DNA of 64,000 nucleotides from Burkholderiales bacterium (GCA_046347635.1 JAXMFT010000004.1:153958-217957); one strand, 5' to 3'. Counted from the stretch's first letter, positions 39,345-49,629 are shown. Numbers and translations: made by a program. Notes: generated from the letters alone by a model not told the origin.

Positions 39345-40382
39345 ATGAGCCCGAACTCGAGTGCCGTCCCCGACGCGCTCCCCGACTTCCGCAACCTCGG
39401 GGTGGTGGCGCGCATCCTCGTGGGCGTGAATCTCGGCGCGTTCGTCGCCGCGGCGCTCAAGGCCACCACCTTCCAGCAGCTGCTGGGCGAGTTCCTGGAC
39501 ATCGCGCTGGTGGTGCAGCCGGCGCTGATCGCGAGCCTCGCGCTGCTGTCGGCGGCGAGCCCGTGGCTCGCGCGCCTGCCGTACTTCATCGGGCTCGCCG
39601 CGGTCGCGACGCTCGTGCTGGTGCTCGCCTCGGGCGCGGCGTTCCTGCGCGCGAGCGTCGACCCGGCGCCGCTCGGCGTCGTGCGCGCCGGGGCGTTCGG
39701 CCTGCTCACGACCGCGCTCCTCGCCGGCTACTTCCACCTGCGCAGCCGCGCCTTCTCGCCCGCGCTCGCCGAGGCGCGGCTGCAGGCGCTGCAGGCGCGC
39801 ATCCGCCCGCACTTCCTCTTCAACACGCTCAACGCGGTGCTGTCGCTGATCCGCCGGGACGCGCGGCGCGCCGAGAGCGCGATCGAGGACCTCGCCGAGC
39901 TCTACCGCATGGTGATGGCGGACGCGAAGAACCTCACCACGCTCGCGCGCGAGCTGGATCTCACGCGCCAGTACCTCAACCTCGAGCAGCTGCGCCTCGG
40001 CGAGCGGCTGGTGGTCGACTGGCAGACGGCCGAGGCGCCGCGCGACGCCCTGGTGCCGCCGCTCCTGCTGCAGCCGCTGGTCGAGAACGCCGTGTACCAC
40101 GGCATCGAGCCCGGCGCGGCGCCCGGCACGATCGTGATCGCGATCCGGCGCGAGCGCGACCGGGTGCACGTCAAGCTCACCAACCCGTACCACCCCGAGC
40201 ACCAGCACCGCCAGGGCAACCGCATCGCGCTCGCGAACATCCGCGAGCGCCTCGCGCTGCACTTCGACGTCGAGGGCGTGCTCGAGAGCGGGGTGAACGG
40301 GGCGCGCTACGAGATCCGCATGACGATGCCCTACCGGCGCGCCGCCGCGCAGTCGGTGCCGGGCGAGCGCGCGGCGGCGTGA
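39345..40382 (+). CDS. algZ: LytS/AlgZ(FimS)-type sensor histidine kinase
   Basis: Four N-terminal TM helices, LQARIRPHFLFNTLNAVLSLI (His_kinase), LVENAVYHGIEP. Confidence 0.88.
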   Translation: MSPNSSAVPDALPDFRNLGVVARILVGVNLGAFVAAALKATTFQQLLGEFLDIALVVQPALIASLALLSAASPWLARLPYFIGLAAVATLVLVLASGAAFLRASVDPAPLGVVRAGAFGLLTTALLAGYFHLRSRAFSPALAEARLQALQARIRPHFLFNTLNAVLSLIRRDARRAESAIEDLAELYRMVMADAKNLTTLARELDLTRQYLNLEQLRLGERLVVDWQTAEAPRDALVPPLLLQPLVENAVYHGIEPGAAPGTIVIAIRRERDRVHVKLTNPYHPEHQHRQGNRIALANIRERLALHFDVEGVLESGVNGARYEIRMTMPYRRAAAQSVPGERAAA

Positions 40383-40395
40383 CCGGGAGCGCGCC

Positions 40396-41175
40396 ATGAC
40401 CGCGCCGGCGCCGCTGAGGGTGTTCCTGGTCGACGACGAGCAGCCCGCGCGCGCGCGCATGCGGGAGGTGCTCGGCGACCTCGCCGCCGAGCTGCCGAAC
40501 GTCGTGGTGGGCGAGGCGGCCACGGGCCAGGAGGCGCTCGGCACGCTGCCGGCGGCCGCGCCCGACGTCGTGCTCGTCGACATCCACATGCCGCAGATGA
40601 GCGGCATGGAGTTCGCGCGCCACCTCGCGATCCTCGATGCGCCGCCGGCGGTGGTGTTCGTGACCGCGCACGACCAGTACGCGATCGAGGCGTTCGAGGT
40701 GAACGCGCTCGACTACCTGCTCAAGCCGGTGCGCGCGGCGCGGCTCGCGGGTGCGCTCGCGAAGGCGCGCGCCACCGGCGGGGTGCGGCGCGAGGCGGTC
40801 GACCGCGCCGCGGTGCAGGCGGGCCAGGTGCCGCGGCGCTTCTTCTCGATCGGCGAGCGCGGCAAGATCCTGCTCGTGAGCGTCGCCGACGTGGTGTACC
40901 TGAAGGCCGAGCTGAAGTACGTCACGGTGCGCACGGCCGACAGGGAGCACCTGCTGGAGGAGGCGCTGACCGGCCTCGAGCAGGAGTTCGCCGGCATCTT
41001 CGTGCGCATCCACCGCTCGTGCCTCGTCGCGCGCCGGCGCATCCGCGGGTTCGAGCGCGTGACCGACGAGGACGGCGAGGGGGCCGGCTGGGCGGTGATC
41101 CTCGACGGCGTGGCCGAGAAGCTGCCGGTCAGCCGGCGGCAGTGGCCCGCCGTGAAGGCGCTGGCGAACGGATGA
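40396..41175 (+). CDS. algR: LytTR-family response regulator
   Basis: LRVFLVDDE...VVLVDIHMPQMSG...ALDYLLKP plus a LytTR C-terminus (YLKAELKYVTVRT...FVRIHRSCLV). Confidence 0.9.
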   Translation: MTAPAPLRVFLVDDEQPARARMREVLGDLAAELPNVVVGEAATGQEALGTLPAAAPDVVLVDIHMPQMSGMEFARHLAILDAPPAVVFVTAHDQYAIEAFEVNALDYLLKPVRAARLAGALAKARATGGVRREAVDRAAVQAGQVPRRFFSIGERGKILLVSVADVVYLKAELKYVTVRTADREHLLEEALTGLEQEFAGIFVRIHRSCLVARRRIRGFERVTDEDGEGAGWAVILDGVAEKLPVSRRQWPAVKALANG

Positions 41176-41179
41176 GCCG

Positions 41180-41668
41180 CTATTGCGCGGCGAGCTTCGC
41201 CTGGGCCGCTTCGATGCGCCGTTCGAGCAGCCCGCCGTAGAGGTCGGCCGAGGCGATCCCGATCAGGGGGTCGGCGAGCGTCTCGCCGCGCGGGCCGAGG
41301 AAGACGACGTAGGGGACGATGCGCACCGTGCGCCCCCTGCCGAGCGCCGCGTGCGTCGTGGGGTGTCCGTCGAAGCCGACCACCGGCCGGCCGCTCTCGA
41401 CGTCGATCTCGCGCACCAGCACCCGTTTCGCCGCGGCCGGATCCGCGTGCATCGGGCCGAGGAAGCCCGCGCGCACCTTGCGGCAGTAGGGGCAGTCCGT
41501 CGTGCCGTAGAGCACGACGATGACGCGGCCCGTCGCGCGCGCGGCCCGGCCGTCCGCGGCGAGGTCGCGCGCGTAGGGAATGGGCTGCGCAGCGGCGGCC
41601 GCGAAGGCGCACGATGCTAGAATCGCCGCGCATCCCCAGCGCAGCGCGCGCAGCGCGTTCACCGTCAT
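41180..41668 (-). CDS. Secreted thioredoxin-fold protein (CPYC motif)
   Basis: Signal peptide ...[14 protein letters not shown], then [17 protein letters not shown]. Confidence 0.7.
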   Translation of the reverse strand: MTVNALRALRWGCAAILASCAFAAAAAQPIPYARDLAADGRAARATGRVIVVLYGTTDCPYCRKVRAGFLGPMHADPAAAKRVLVREIDVESGRPVVGFDGHPTTHAALGRGRTVRIVPYVVFLGPRGETLADPLIGIASADLYGGLLERRIEAAQAKLAAQ

Positions 41669-41680
41669 CCCGACCCCGCC

Positions 41681-42606
41681 TTGAAGTCTCCCGAGCGCAT
41701 CGTCATCGCCTCGCGCGTGTCGCGCCTCGCCCTCTGGCAGGCCGGGCACGTGCGCGACGCCCTGGCGCGATTGTATCCGGCGTGCCGCGTCGAGATCCTC
41801 GGCCTCACCACCCGCGGCGACGAGATCCTCGACCGCTCGCTCGCCAAGATCGGCGGCAAGGGGCTGTTCGTCAAGGAGCTCGAGAACGCGCTCGAGGACG
41901 GCCGCGCGGACATCGCGGTGCACTCCGCGAAGGACGTGCCGATGGACCTGCCGGCCGGCTTTGCGCTCGCCGCGTTCCTCGCGCGCGAGGACCCGCGCGA
42001 CGCGCTGGTCTCGAACGCGCACGCCCGGCTCGCCGACCTGCCGGCCGGCGCGGTGGTCGGCACCTCCAGCCTGCGGCGCGAGGCGCAGCTGCGCGCGCGC
42101 TTTCCGGCGCTCGCGATCCGGCCGCTGCGCGGCAGTCTCGACACGCGGCTCGCGAAGCTCGACCGGGGCGAGTACGCGGCGATCGTGCTGGCCGTCGCGG
42201 GCCTGAAGCGCCTCGGGCTCGGGGAGCGCATCCGCGCGCGATCCTCGCGCCGGAGGAGAGCCTGCCGGCGGTCGGGCAGGGCGCGCTGGCGGTCGAGTGC
42301 CGCGCCGACGCCCCCGAGCTCGCCGCCGCGCTCGCCCCTGCACGATGCGGCCACGGGAGCCTGCGTGCGCGTGAGCGCGCGGCGAGCCGCGCGCTCGGCG
42401 GGAGCTGCACGCTCCCCCTGGCCGCGCACATGACGCTCGCCGGCGGCGTGCTCACGCTGCGCGGCCTGGTGGCGAGCCCGGACGGGACGCGCATCGCCCG
42501 GGGCGAGGTGCGCGGCGACGCGCACGCGCCCGAACTTGCCGGCGAGGCGCTCGCCGCCGCGCTGCGGGCGCAGGGCGCAGGCGAGATCCTCGCCCGCGTG
42601 CAATGA
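41681..42606 (+). pseudogene. hemC: Porphobilinogen deaminase (hydroxymethylbilane synthase); reading frame broken 3 times as the sequence stands
   Basis: N-terminus [19 protein letters not shown]...[11 protein letters not shown] reads in the frame of 41681. Conserved [21 protein letters not shown] and [19 protein letters not shown] read in the frame of 41614. [11 protein letters not shown] reads back in the first frame. TTG start. Confidence 0.8.
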
Positions 42607-43369
42607 GCGCCGGACGCCTCGCCGGCCGCCGCATCGTGGTGACGCGACCGGCCGGGCAGAACGAGGGGCTCGCGGCCCTCATCCGCGCCGCGGGCGGCGA
42701 GCCGATCGTCTTTCCGGTGCTGGAGATCCTCGACCTCGCGGACACGCGCGCGCTGGTCGCCGCGGTGGACCGGCTCGACGCCTACCGGCTCGCGGTGTTC
42801 ATCAGCCCGAACGCCGTGGACAAGGCGCTGAACGTGGTGCGGGCGCGGCGCGACTGGCCGGCCCGGGGCTGCGCGCCGCGACGGTCGGCCGCGCGAGCGA
42901 AGGCGCTCGCGCGGCACGGCGTGCGCGACGTCATCGCGCCCGCGGGCCGCTTCGACAACGAGGCGCTGCTCGCCCTGCCCGCGCTGGCCGACGTGCGCGG
43001 GTGGCGCGTGGTCGTCTTCCGCGGCGACGGCGGCCGCGAGCTGCTCGGCGACACCCTGCGCGCGCGCGGCGCGACGGTGGACTACGTCGAGTGCTACCGG
43101 CGCGCGCGCCCCGACGCCGACGTCGGGCCGCTGCTCAAGCGCTGGGGCCGCGGCGAGATCGACGCGGTGGCGGTGAGCTCGAGCGAGGGGCTGCGCAACC
43201 TCTACGACATGCTGGGCAAGCTCGGGCAGGCGTGGCTCCGGCACGCCGCTCTTCGCGCCGCACGCGCGCATCGCGGAGAACGCGCGCGCTCGGCTGCGAG
43301 CGGGTGATCGAGACCGGACCGGCGGACGAGGGGCTGTGCGCGGGCCTGGTCGCCTTTTTGGGACAATAG
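42603..43369 (+). pseudogene. hemD: Uroporphyrinogen-III synthase; frame broken about 4 times
   Basis: RIVVTRPAGQNEGLAALI...VFISPNAV in the frame of 42603. GLRAATVGRAS and the C-terminal LGCERVIETGPADEGLCAGLVAFLGQ read in the frame of 42536. TPLFAPHARIAENARA reads in the third frame. Confidence 0.75.
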
Positions 43370-43375
43370 CCCGCG

Positions 43376-44416
43376 ATGAGCGACGCGCCCGTTCCGGCTG
43401 TTCGCGCCCCGCGCGGCGAGGGGGGCGCCTGGATGCGCGCCGCGCTCGCCGTGCTCGCGGTCGCGGTCGCCGCGCTCGCCTGGGGCTGGTGGAGCGAGCG
43501 CGCCGCGCTCGCGGCGGTGCGCGCGGAGGTCGCGCAGCGGCACTGCGCGACGCGGCGAGCGAGTCGAAGGAGGCGCGCGCCGTCGCGCGCGAGGCGCAGG
43601 ACGCGCTGCGCGACGCGCACGCGAAGATCGGCGCGCTGGAGGCCGAGACAGCTCGAGTCGCAGAGCCAGCAGCTCGCGCTCGAGTCCCTCTACCAGGAGC
43701 TCTCGCGCTCGCGCGACGACTGGGTGCTCGCGGAGGTCGAGCAGACGCTCACCATCGCCGCGCGCGAGCTCCAGCTCGCCGGCAACGTGCGCGCCGCGCT
43801 CGCCGCGCTGCAGGCCGCGGACGCGCGCCTCGCGCGCTCCGACCGCCCGCAGTTCCTCGGCCTGCGCAAGGTGATCGCGCGCGATATCGAGCGGCTCAAG
43901 GCCGCGCCGGACCTCGACATCGCCGGCATGACCGTGCGCATCGACCAGGTGATCGCGGCGGTGGACCAGCTGCCGCTGCTCGTCGACGGCCGCCCGGGGG
44001 CGGCCGCACCCAAGCCGGAGGCGGGCGCGCCGGAGGCGGGCTGGTGGGACCGGTCCTGGCGCAAGGTGTGGGACGAGCTCAAGGGGCTCGTGCGCGTGCA
44101 GCGGCTCGACGCCGCCGACGCGTCCCTGCTCGCGCCCGAGAGCCGCTACTTCCTGCGCGAGAACCTCAAGCTGCGGCTCCTGCACGCCCGCCTCGCGCTG
44201 CTCCAGCGCGACGAGCAGGCGTTCCGCAGCGACGTGAAGGCGGCCCAGGGCTGGCTCACCCGGTACTTCGACACGCGCCAGAAGGCGGTCGCCGGCGCCG
44301 TCCAGACGCTCGGCCAGCTCAACGCGGTCGCGGTCACCGTGGAGCTGCCGACCATCGCCGACAGCCTGAACGCAGTGCGCACGTACAAGGCGCCGCGCGA
44401 GCGCGGCGGGAAGTAG
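43376..44416 (+). pseudogene. hemX: HemX-like membrane protein; compensated pair of frame breaks
   Basis: The ORF is open end to end, but residues about 55-91 read as Arg-rich junk ([24 protein letters not shown]...). The alternate frame gives ALRDAASESKEARAVAREAQDALRDAHAKIGALEAE. The C-terminal part is typical HemX (LYQELSRSRDDWVLAEVEQTLTIAARELQLAGN). Confidence 0.7.
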
Positions 44417-44423
44417 CCGGCCG

Positions 44424-45588
44424 GTGCGCTGGCTCGTCACGTTCGTCGTCGTCGCCGCGCTCGCGGTCGCGTCCGCGCTCGCGGTGCGCTACGGCGAGGG
44501 CTACGCGCTGTTCGTCTACCCGCCCTGGCGGATCGAGGTCTCCCTCACGCTCCTCCTGCTCGCCGCGCTCGCGCTCTTCGCGCTGCTGTACGGCACGCTG
44601 CGGCTCGCCTCGCACGCGGCGCGCCTGCCCGGGCAGGTGGCCGCGTTCCGGCGCCGCACCCGCGCGCGCCGCGCGCACGAGGCGCTGCGGCAGGCGTGGC
44701 AGGCGCACATGGAGGGGCGCTTCGGCCGCGCGGGCTCGCGGGGCGCGTACGCGCTCGACGAGGCGCCCGGCATGGCGGCGCTGCTCGCGGCCCGCGCCGC
44801 GCGCGCGATGCGCGACCCGGTCCGGCGCGGGCGCTGGCTCGCGCGCGCGGCCGACGCGCCGAGGCGCGAAGCCGCGCCGCGCGCCTCGCCACCGAGGCCG
44901 AGGCGGCGGTGGACGAGCGCCGGTTCGAGCGCGCTGCTGCACGAGCTGCGCCACCGGGCCGCGCCACGCGGCGACGCTGCGCCTGCTGCTGCGGGCCGAG
45001 CAGGGGCTGCAGAACTGGGACGAGGTGCTGCGGCTCCTGCGCATCCTCGAGAAGCGCGACGCGGTGCCGGCGGAGCTCGCCGCGCAGCTGCGCTCGACCG
45101 CGACGGTCGAGAACCTGCGCCGCAAGGCGCTCGACGCGGAGGCGCTCGCCGCGTATCTCGCGGCGCTGCCGGCGGCCGAGCGCGCGCGGCCGCGGGTCGC
45201 GGCGACGGCGGCGCGACTGTTCATCGACCTCGGCGCGTGCGAGCGCGCCCATCCGGTGATCCGCGCCGCGCTGGAGGCGCAGTGGTCGAGCGAGCTCGCC
45301 GCGCTCTACGGCGAGTGCCGCGGCAGCGACGATCTCGCGCGCATCGAGCTGTGCGAGCGCTGGCTCGCGGACCACCCGCGCGACCCGGGGCTCCTGCTCG
45401 CGCTCGGGCGGCTGTGCGCGGGCCGCGAGCTGTGGGGCAAGGCGCAGAGCTACCTGGACGCGAGCCTCTCGGCCCAGCCCTCGCGCGCGGCGCACGTCGA
45501 GCTCGCGCGGCTCATGGAGCGCATCGGCCGCGACGCGGACGCGAACCGGCACTATCGGGCCGCCGCCGATCCGAAGCTGCCGGCCTGA
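44424..45588 (+). pseudogene. hemY: HemY-like TPR membrane protein; frame broken about 3 times
   Basis: N-terminal TM region in the frame of 44424. EARSRAARLATEAEAAVDERRFER in the frame of 44696. GPRHAATLRLLLRAEQGLQNWDEVLRLL...RHYRAAADPKLPA in the frame ending at 45588. Confidence 0.75.
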
Positions 45589-45682
45589 GGCCGGGGCCGC
45601 GCGTCCGCGGCATGCGCGGGCATTGCGCGCAGGGCCGGAGCAAGGCACCATGCGCCCCCTCGACCCCAGGAGGAGCCCGACC

Positions 45683-46465
45683 ATGCTGAGCGACGCCGAC
45701 CGCAAGAAGGCCGCCCAATCCCTGCTGCAGGCGCTGCGCGACAGGCAGCCGATCGTGCAGCTCTCCAAGACCTACCCCGAGATCACGATCGAGGACGCGT
45801 ACGCCATCCAGAGCCTGGTGAACGAGGCGAAGGTCGGCGCGGGCGCGAAGGTGCGCGGGCACAAGGTCGGGCTCACGTCGAAGGCGATGCAGGCGTCCTC
45901 GCAGATCGACGAGCCGGACTACGGCGTTCTGATGGCCGACATGTTCCACGACGACGGCGCGATCCTGAAGCACGCGGACTTCTGCGTGCCGCGCGTGGAG
46001 CTCGAGCTCGGGTTCGTGCTCGGCAAGCGGCTCAAGGGGCCGGGCGTCGGCCTGCTCGACGTGCTCGCCGCCACCGAGTGGGTGGTGCCGTCGATCGAGG
46101 TGATCGACGCGCGCGTGCAGAACCCGCGCAAGATCTTCGACACGGTCGCGGACAACGGCGCGGCGGCCGCGGTCGTGATCGGCGGGCGCCCGGTGCGGCC
46201 GACCGACGTGGACCTGCGCTGGGTCGGCGGAATCATGTACCGCAACGGCGACATCGAGGAGACCGGGATCGCCGCGGGCGTGCTCGGGCATCCCGCGCTC
46301 GGCATCGCCTGGCTCGCGAACAAGGTCGGGCGCTTCGGCACCGCGCTCGAGCCGGGCCACTTCACCCTCTCGGGCTCGTTCATCCGCCCGGTGTGGGCGA
46401 ACAAGGGCGACACGCTGCGCGCGGACTTCGGCCCGCTCGGGACGATCGGGGTGCAGTTCGTCTGA
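45683..46465 (+). CDS. hpaH: 2-oxo-hept-4-ene-1,7-dioate hydratase / 2-keto-4-pentenoate hydratase family
   Basis: YPEITIEDAYAIQ...GHKVGLTSKAMQASSQIDEPDYGVL...RVELELGFVL...DNGAAAAVVIGG is colinear with HpcG/HpaH. SD AGGAGG. Confidence 0.88.
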   Translation: MLSDADRKKAAQSLLQALRDRQPIVQLSKTYPEITIEDAYAIQSLVNEAKVGAGAKVRGHKVGLTSKAMQASSQIDEPDYGVLMADMFHDDGAILKHADFCVPRVELELGFVLGKRLKGPGVGLLDVLAATEWVVPSIEVIDARVQNPRKIFDTVADNGAAAAVVIGGRPVRPTDVDLRWVGGIMYRNGDIEETGIAAGVLGHPALGIAWLANKVGRFGTALEPGHFTLSGSFIRPVWANKGDTLRADFGPLGTIGVQFV

Positions 46466-46482
46466 GCGCGTCCCGGCGCGCG

Positions 46483-47160
46483 CTAGCGGCGCCGGAAGAC
46501 GAGGTCCCACACGCCGTGCCCGAGGCGCGCGCCGCGCGCCTCGAACTTCGTGAGCGGGCGCGACTCGGGTCGCGCCGCGAATCCGTTGGCGGTGTTCTCG
46601 AGCAGCGGCTCGGCCGACAGCACCTCGAGCATCTGCACCGCGTAGTCCTCCCAGTCGGTCGCCGCGTGCAGCGTCGCCCCCGGCTTCATGCGCGTCGCGA
46701 GGAGACGGACGAACTCGGGCTGGAGGAGGCGGCGCTTGTGGTGGCGCTTCTTGGGCCACGGGTCGGGGAAGAAGACGTGCACGCCGTCGAGCGTGTCGGG
46801 CGCGATCATCCGCTCGACCACCTCGACCGCGTCGTGCTGGATGACGCGCACGTTCCTGAGGCCGAGCGTCTGGATGCGGCGCAGCAGCGCGCCGACGCCC
46901 GGGCCGTGCACCTCGACGCCGAGGTAGTCGGTGCCCGGATGCGCCGCGGCGAGCAGCGCCGTGGTCTCGCCCATGCCGAACCCGATCTCCAGGATTTTCG
47001 GTGCGTGGCGCCCGAACGCGCGCTCGAGGTCGAGCGGCGCGGGGGAGAAGGCGATGCCCCAGCGCGGCATCAGCTCGGCCACCGCGCGCGCCTGCGCGGC
47101 GGTCGTGCGCCCCTGGCGCAGGACGTAGCTGCGGATCGAGCGGCGCTCCGCCTCGGTCAT
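46483..47160 (-). CDS. trmB: tRNA (guanine-N7)-methyltransferase
   Basis: [10 protein letters not shown]...YLGVEVH...[15 protein letters not shown]. Confidence 0.95.
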   Translation of the reverse strand: MTEAERRSIRSYVLRQGRTTAAQARAVAELMPRWGIAFSPAPLDLERAFGRHAPKILEIGFGMGETTALLAAAHPGTDYLGVEVHGPGVGALLRRIQTLGLRNVRVIQHDAVEVVERMIAPDTLDGVHVFFPDPWPKKRHHKRRLLQPEFVRLLATRMKPGATLHAATDWEDYAVQMLEVLSAEPLLENTANGFAARPESRPLTKFEARGARLGHGVWDLVFRRR

Positions 47161-47182
47161 GCGCGGCGGCGCCGGGGCGGAC

Positions 47183-48007
47183 TCAGGACTGCGGCTGGAT
47201 GAGGCCGGTGGTGGGCGAGCTCGGCGCCGCGGCGTAGAGCTTCTTCGGCATGCGGCCGGCGCGGAAGGCCTCGCGTCCCGCTTCGACCGCCTTGCGCATG
47301 GCCTGCGCCATCAGCACCGGGTCCTGCGCCTTCGCGACCGCGGTGTTCATCAGCACCGCGTCGCAGCCGAGCTCCAGCGCGATCGCGGCGTCGGAGGCGG
47401 TGCCGACGCCGGCGTCGACGACCACCGGCACGCCTGCCTTCTCCAGGATGAGCTGCAGGTTCCACGGGTTCAGGATGCCCATGCCCGAGCCGATCAGCGA
47501 GGCGAGCGGCATCACCGCGACGCAGCCGATCGCCTCCAGCTCCCTGGCGACGATCGGGTCGTCGCTCGTGTAGACCATCACCTTGAAGCCGTCCTGCACC
47601 AGGGTGCGCGCCGCGGCGAGCGTCTCCACGACGTTGGGGAAGAGCGTGTGCGGGTCGCCGAGCACTTCGAGCTTCACCAGGTCGTGGCCGTCGAGCAGCT
47701 CGCGCGCGAGGCGCAGCGTGCGCACCGCGTCCTCGGCGCTGTAGCAGCCCGCGGTGTTCGGCAGGTAGGTGTACTGCGACGGCGGCAGCGCGTCGAGGAG
47801 CGAGGGCTCGTGCGCGTTCTGGCCGATGTTCGTGCGCCGGATGGCGACGGTGACGATCTCCGCCCCGCTCGCCTCGACCGCGCGGCGCGTCTCGTCGAAG
47901 TCCCGGTACTTGCCGGTGCCGATCAGCAGGCGCGACGAATAGGCCTTGCCGGCGATGACGAGCGGGTCGCCGGCGAGGTGGCCGGGCGCTTTGGCGGGAG
48001 CGTTCAT
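47183..48007 (-). CDS. thiG: Thiazole synthase
   Basis: LLIGTGKY...VTVAIRR...LPNTAGC...[13 protein letters not shown]...[10 protein letters not shown]. Confidence 0.96.
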   Translation of the reverse strand: MNAPAKAPGHLAGDPLVIAGKAYSSRLLIGTGKYRDFDETRRAVEASGAEIVTVAIRRTNIGQNAHEPSLLDALPPSQYTYLPNTAGCYSAEDAVRTLRLARELLDGHDLVKLEVLGDPHTLFPNVVETLAAARTLVQDGFKVMVYTSDDPIVARELEAIGCVAVMPLASLIGSGMGILNPWNLQLILEKAGVPVVVDAGVGTASDAAIALELGCDAVLMNTAVAKAQDPVLMAQAMRKAVEAGREAFRAGRMPKKLYAAAPSSPTTGLIQPQS

Positions 48008-48020
48008 GGGAATTTCCTGG

Positions 48021-48224
48021 TCAGCCGCCGCCCACGGCGACGACGATCTCGAGCCGGTCGCCGTCGACGAGCGGGGTGTCGGCGTAGCGGCTGCGCGGCA
48101 CGATCTCGCCGTTGCGCTCGACCGCGACCTTCTTGCCGGCGAGCGCGAGCGCGTCGAGCAGGCGGGCGAGGTCGAGCGGCGCGGGGAAGCCGCGCGGCTC
48201 GCCGTTGATGGACAGCTGGATCAC
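48021..48224 (-). CDS. thiS: Sulfur-carrier protein ThiS
   Basis: (V)IQLSINGE...[13 protein letters not shown]...[14 protein letters not shown] with the C-terminal GG. GTG 48224 chosen. Confidence 0.88.
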   Translation of the reverse strand: MIQLSINGEPRGFPAPLDLARLLDALALAGKKVAVERNGEIVPRSRYADTPLVDGDRLEIVVAVGGG

Positions 48225-48447
48225 GAGGGGTTGCGGCGAAGCGGGCGCTCGCGGGAATTCTAGCACCGGGGATCCGGAACCCCGCTGCGGGGGTGTCGAT
48301 CCGCTTTACGTATTGCGTTGCGGGATTTTGCGGATGCGCGCCAACTCGTTGATGGCGCAGCGGGTGGGGCGATCGGAACGGAGTTTGCTTCACGTTCCCG
48401 TTCGCCCGGAGAACGAGAAAACGGGCCACTTCCCGAAGGAGAAGACC

Positions 48448-49527
48448 ATGCGTCACGCAGCCGCGCGGTCCGTGCGCAACGTGGTGGGCCTCGTCGGGTT
48501 CGTCCTCGCCGGCGCGCTGCAGGCCGCGCCGATCACGAACCTCTTCTTCTTCGGCGACAGCCTGACCGACATGGGCAACGCGGCCCTCGTCAACTCGCCG
48601 CCGGGCGCGAACTCGTCGTCCTCGCCGCCGGCGCGGTCGCCCGTGCCGTATCCGGCGGTCGGCGCAGACGGGTACGTCTACACGCCCGTCTACGTGCCGC
48701 CCTGGACGCGGCCGTACGAGACCACGGGACGCTTCACCGACGGGTTCACCTGGGCGGCAGCCTTTGCGAGCGCGCTCGGGTTCCCCGGGGCCGCGGCGCC
48801 GTCGCTTGCCGGCGGGAACAACTACGCGATCGGCGGGGCGACCGTGGTGCCGCGCGCGAGCCCGCCCGTGCCGCCGCCGAGTGCAGCCGAGCAGCTGGCG
48901 GCCTTCCGCGCGAGCCACGGGGGCGTCACCGGCACCTTCGACCCGACGGCGCTGTATTTCATCGGTGCGGGCGGCAACGACCTGCGCGGCATCCTGACCG
49001 GCGCGTTCACGCCGGCCGCAGGCGCCGCGGGCATCGTGGGCGGGTATGCCGCGATGGTCACGGACCTCCTGTCGTGGGGCGCGCAGCGGGTCGTGCTCTG
49101 GAACGCCCCGGACATCACGCTGAGTCCGCAGTTCCGGGCGGCGGTCCAGGCGGGGCTGATCTCACCGGCGGAGGCCGCCGCGTTCGTCGGCCTGGTCGAC
49201 CAGATCAACGCCGGCCTCGGCCAGCTCGACGCGCTGCCCGGGGTCGACGTGTTCGACCTCACCGGCCTCCTGCGGAGCATCGTCGCCGACCCGGGCGCCT
49301 ACGGCCTGCTGAACGCCGAGCTTCCGTGCGGATTCGCCGGCGTCTACGCCGCGACCGCCGGGGCCTGCGCGCAAGGCTTTCTCTTCTGGGACGGCGTGCA
49401 CCCCACGTCGGCCGGTCACGCGCTGCTGGCGCGGTCGATGATCGCGTTCGTGCCGGAGCCGGGGACGCTGGGGCTCGTCGTCCTCGTCCTGTTCGGGTTG
49501 GCGCGCGTCAGGCGGCGCTTCGCGTAG
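48448..49527 (+). CDS. GDSL/SGNH lipase-esterase with C-terminal PEP-CTERM sorting signal
   Basis: Signal peptide, FFFGDSLTDMGN (block I), GAGGNDL (block III), WDGVHPTSAGH (block V), C-terminal VPEPGTLGLVVLVLFGLARVRRRFA. SD AAGGAGAAG. Confidence 0.85.
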   Translation: MRHAAARSVRNVVGLVGFVLAGALQAAPITNLFFFGDSLTDMGNAALVNSPPGANSSSSPPARSPVPYPAVGADGYVYTPVYVPPWTRPYETTGRFTDGFTWAAAFASALGFPGAAAPSLAGGNNYAIGGATVVPRASPPVPPPSAAEQLAAFRASHGGVTGTFDPTALYFIGAGGNDLRGILTGAFTPAAGAAGIVGGYAAMVTDLLSWGAQRVVLWNAPDITLSPQFRAAVQAGLISPAEAAAFVGLVDQINAGLGQLDALPGVDVFDLTGLLRSIVADPGAYGLLNAELPCGFAGVYAATAGACAQGFLFWDGVHPTSAGHALLARSMIAFVPEPGTLGLVVLVLFGLARVRRRFA

Positions 49528-49623
49528 GAACGGCGCGGCGCGCGGCGCGGGGACCCGCGGGCGAGCGCGCCCGCGGCGCACCGCCGGGCCCTGCGGCCGG
49601 GCGAGGCCGGACGGCGGCGCTGC

Positions 49624-49629
49624 TAGAAT
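49624..49629 (+). promoter_or_regulatory. Candidate -10 box (TAGAAT) for the tRNA-Gly-like gene
   Basis: TAGAAT ends 11 nt before the tRNA 5' end. Confidence 0.3.

Noticed and set aside
48225-48447. Expected a TPP riboswitch upstream of thiS-thiG.
   Set aside because: I found no CUGAGA or ACCUGAUCUGGAUAAUGCC-like core on the minus strand of this spacer. A covariance-model scan would be needed to be sure.
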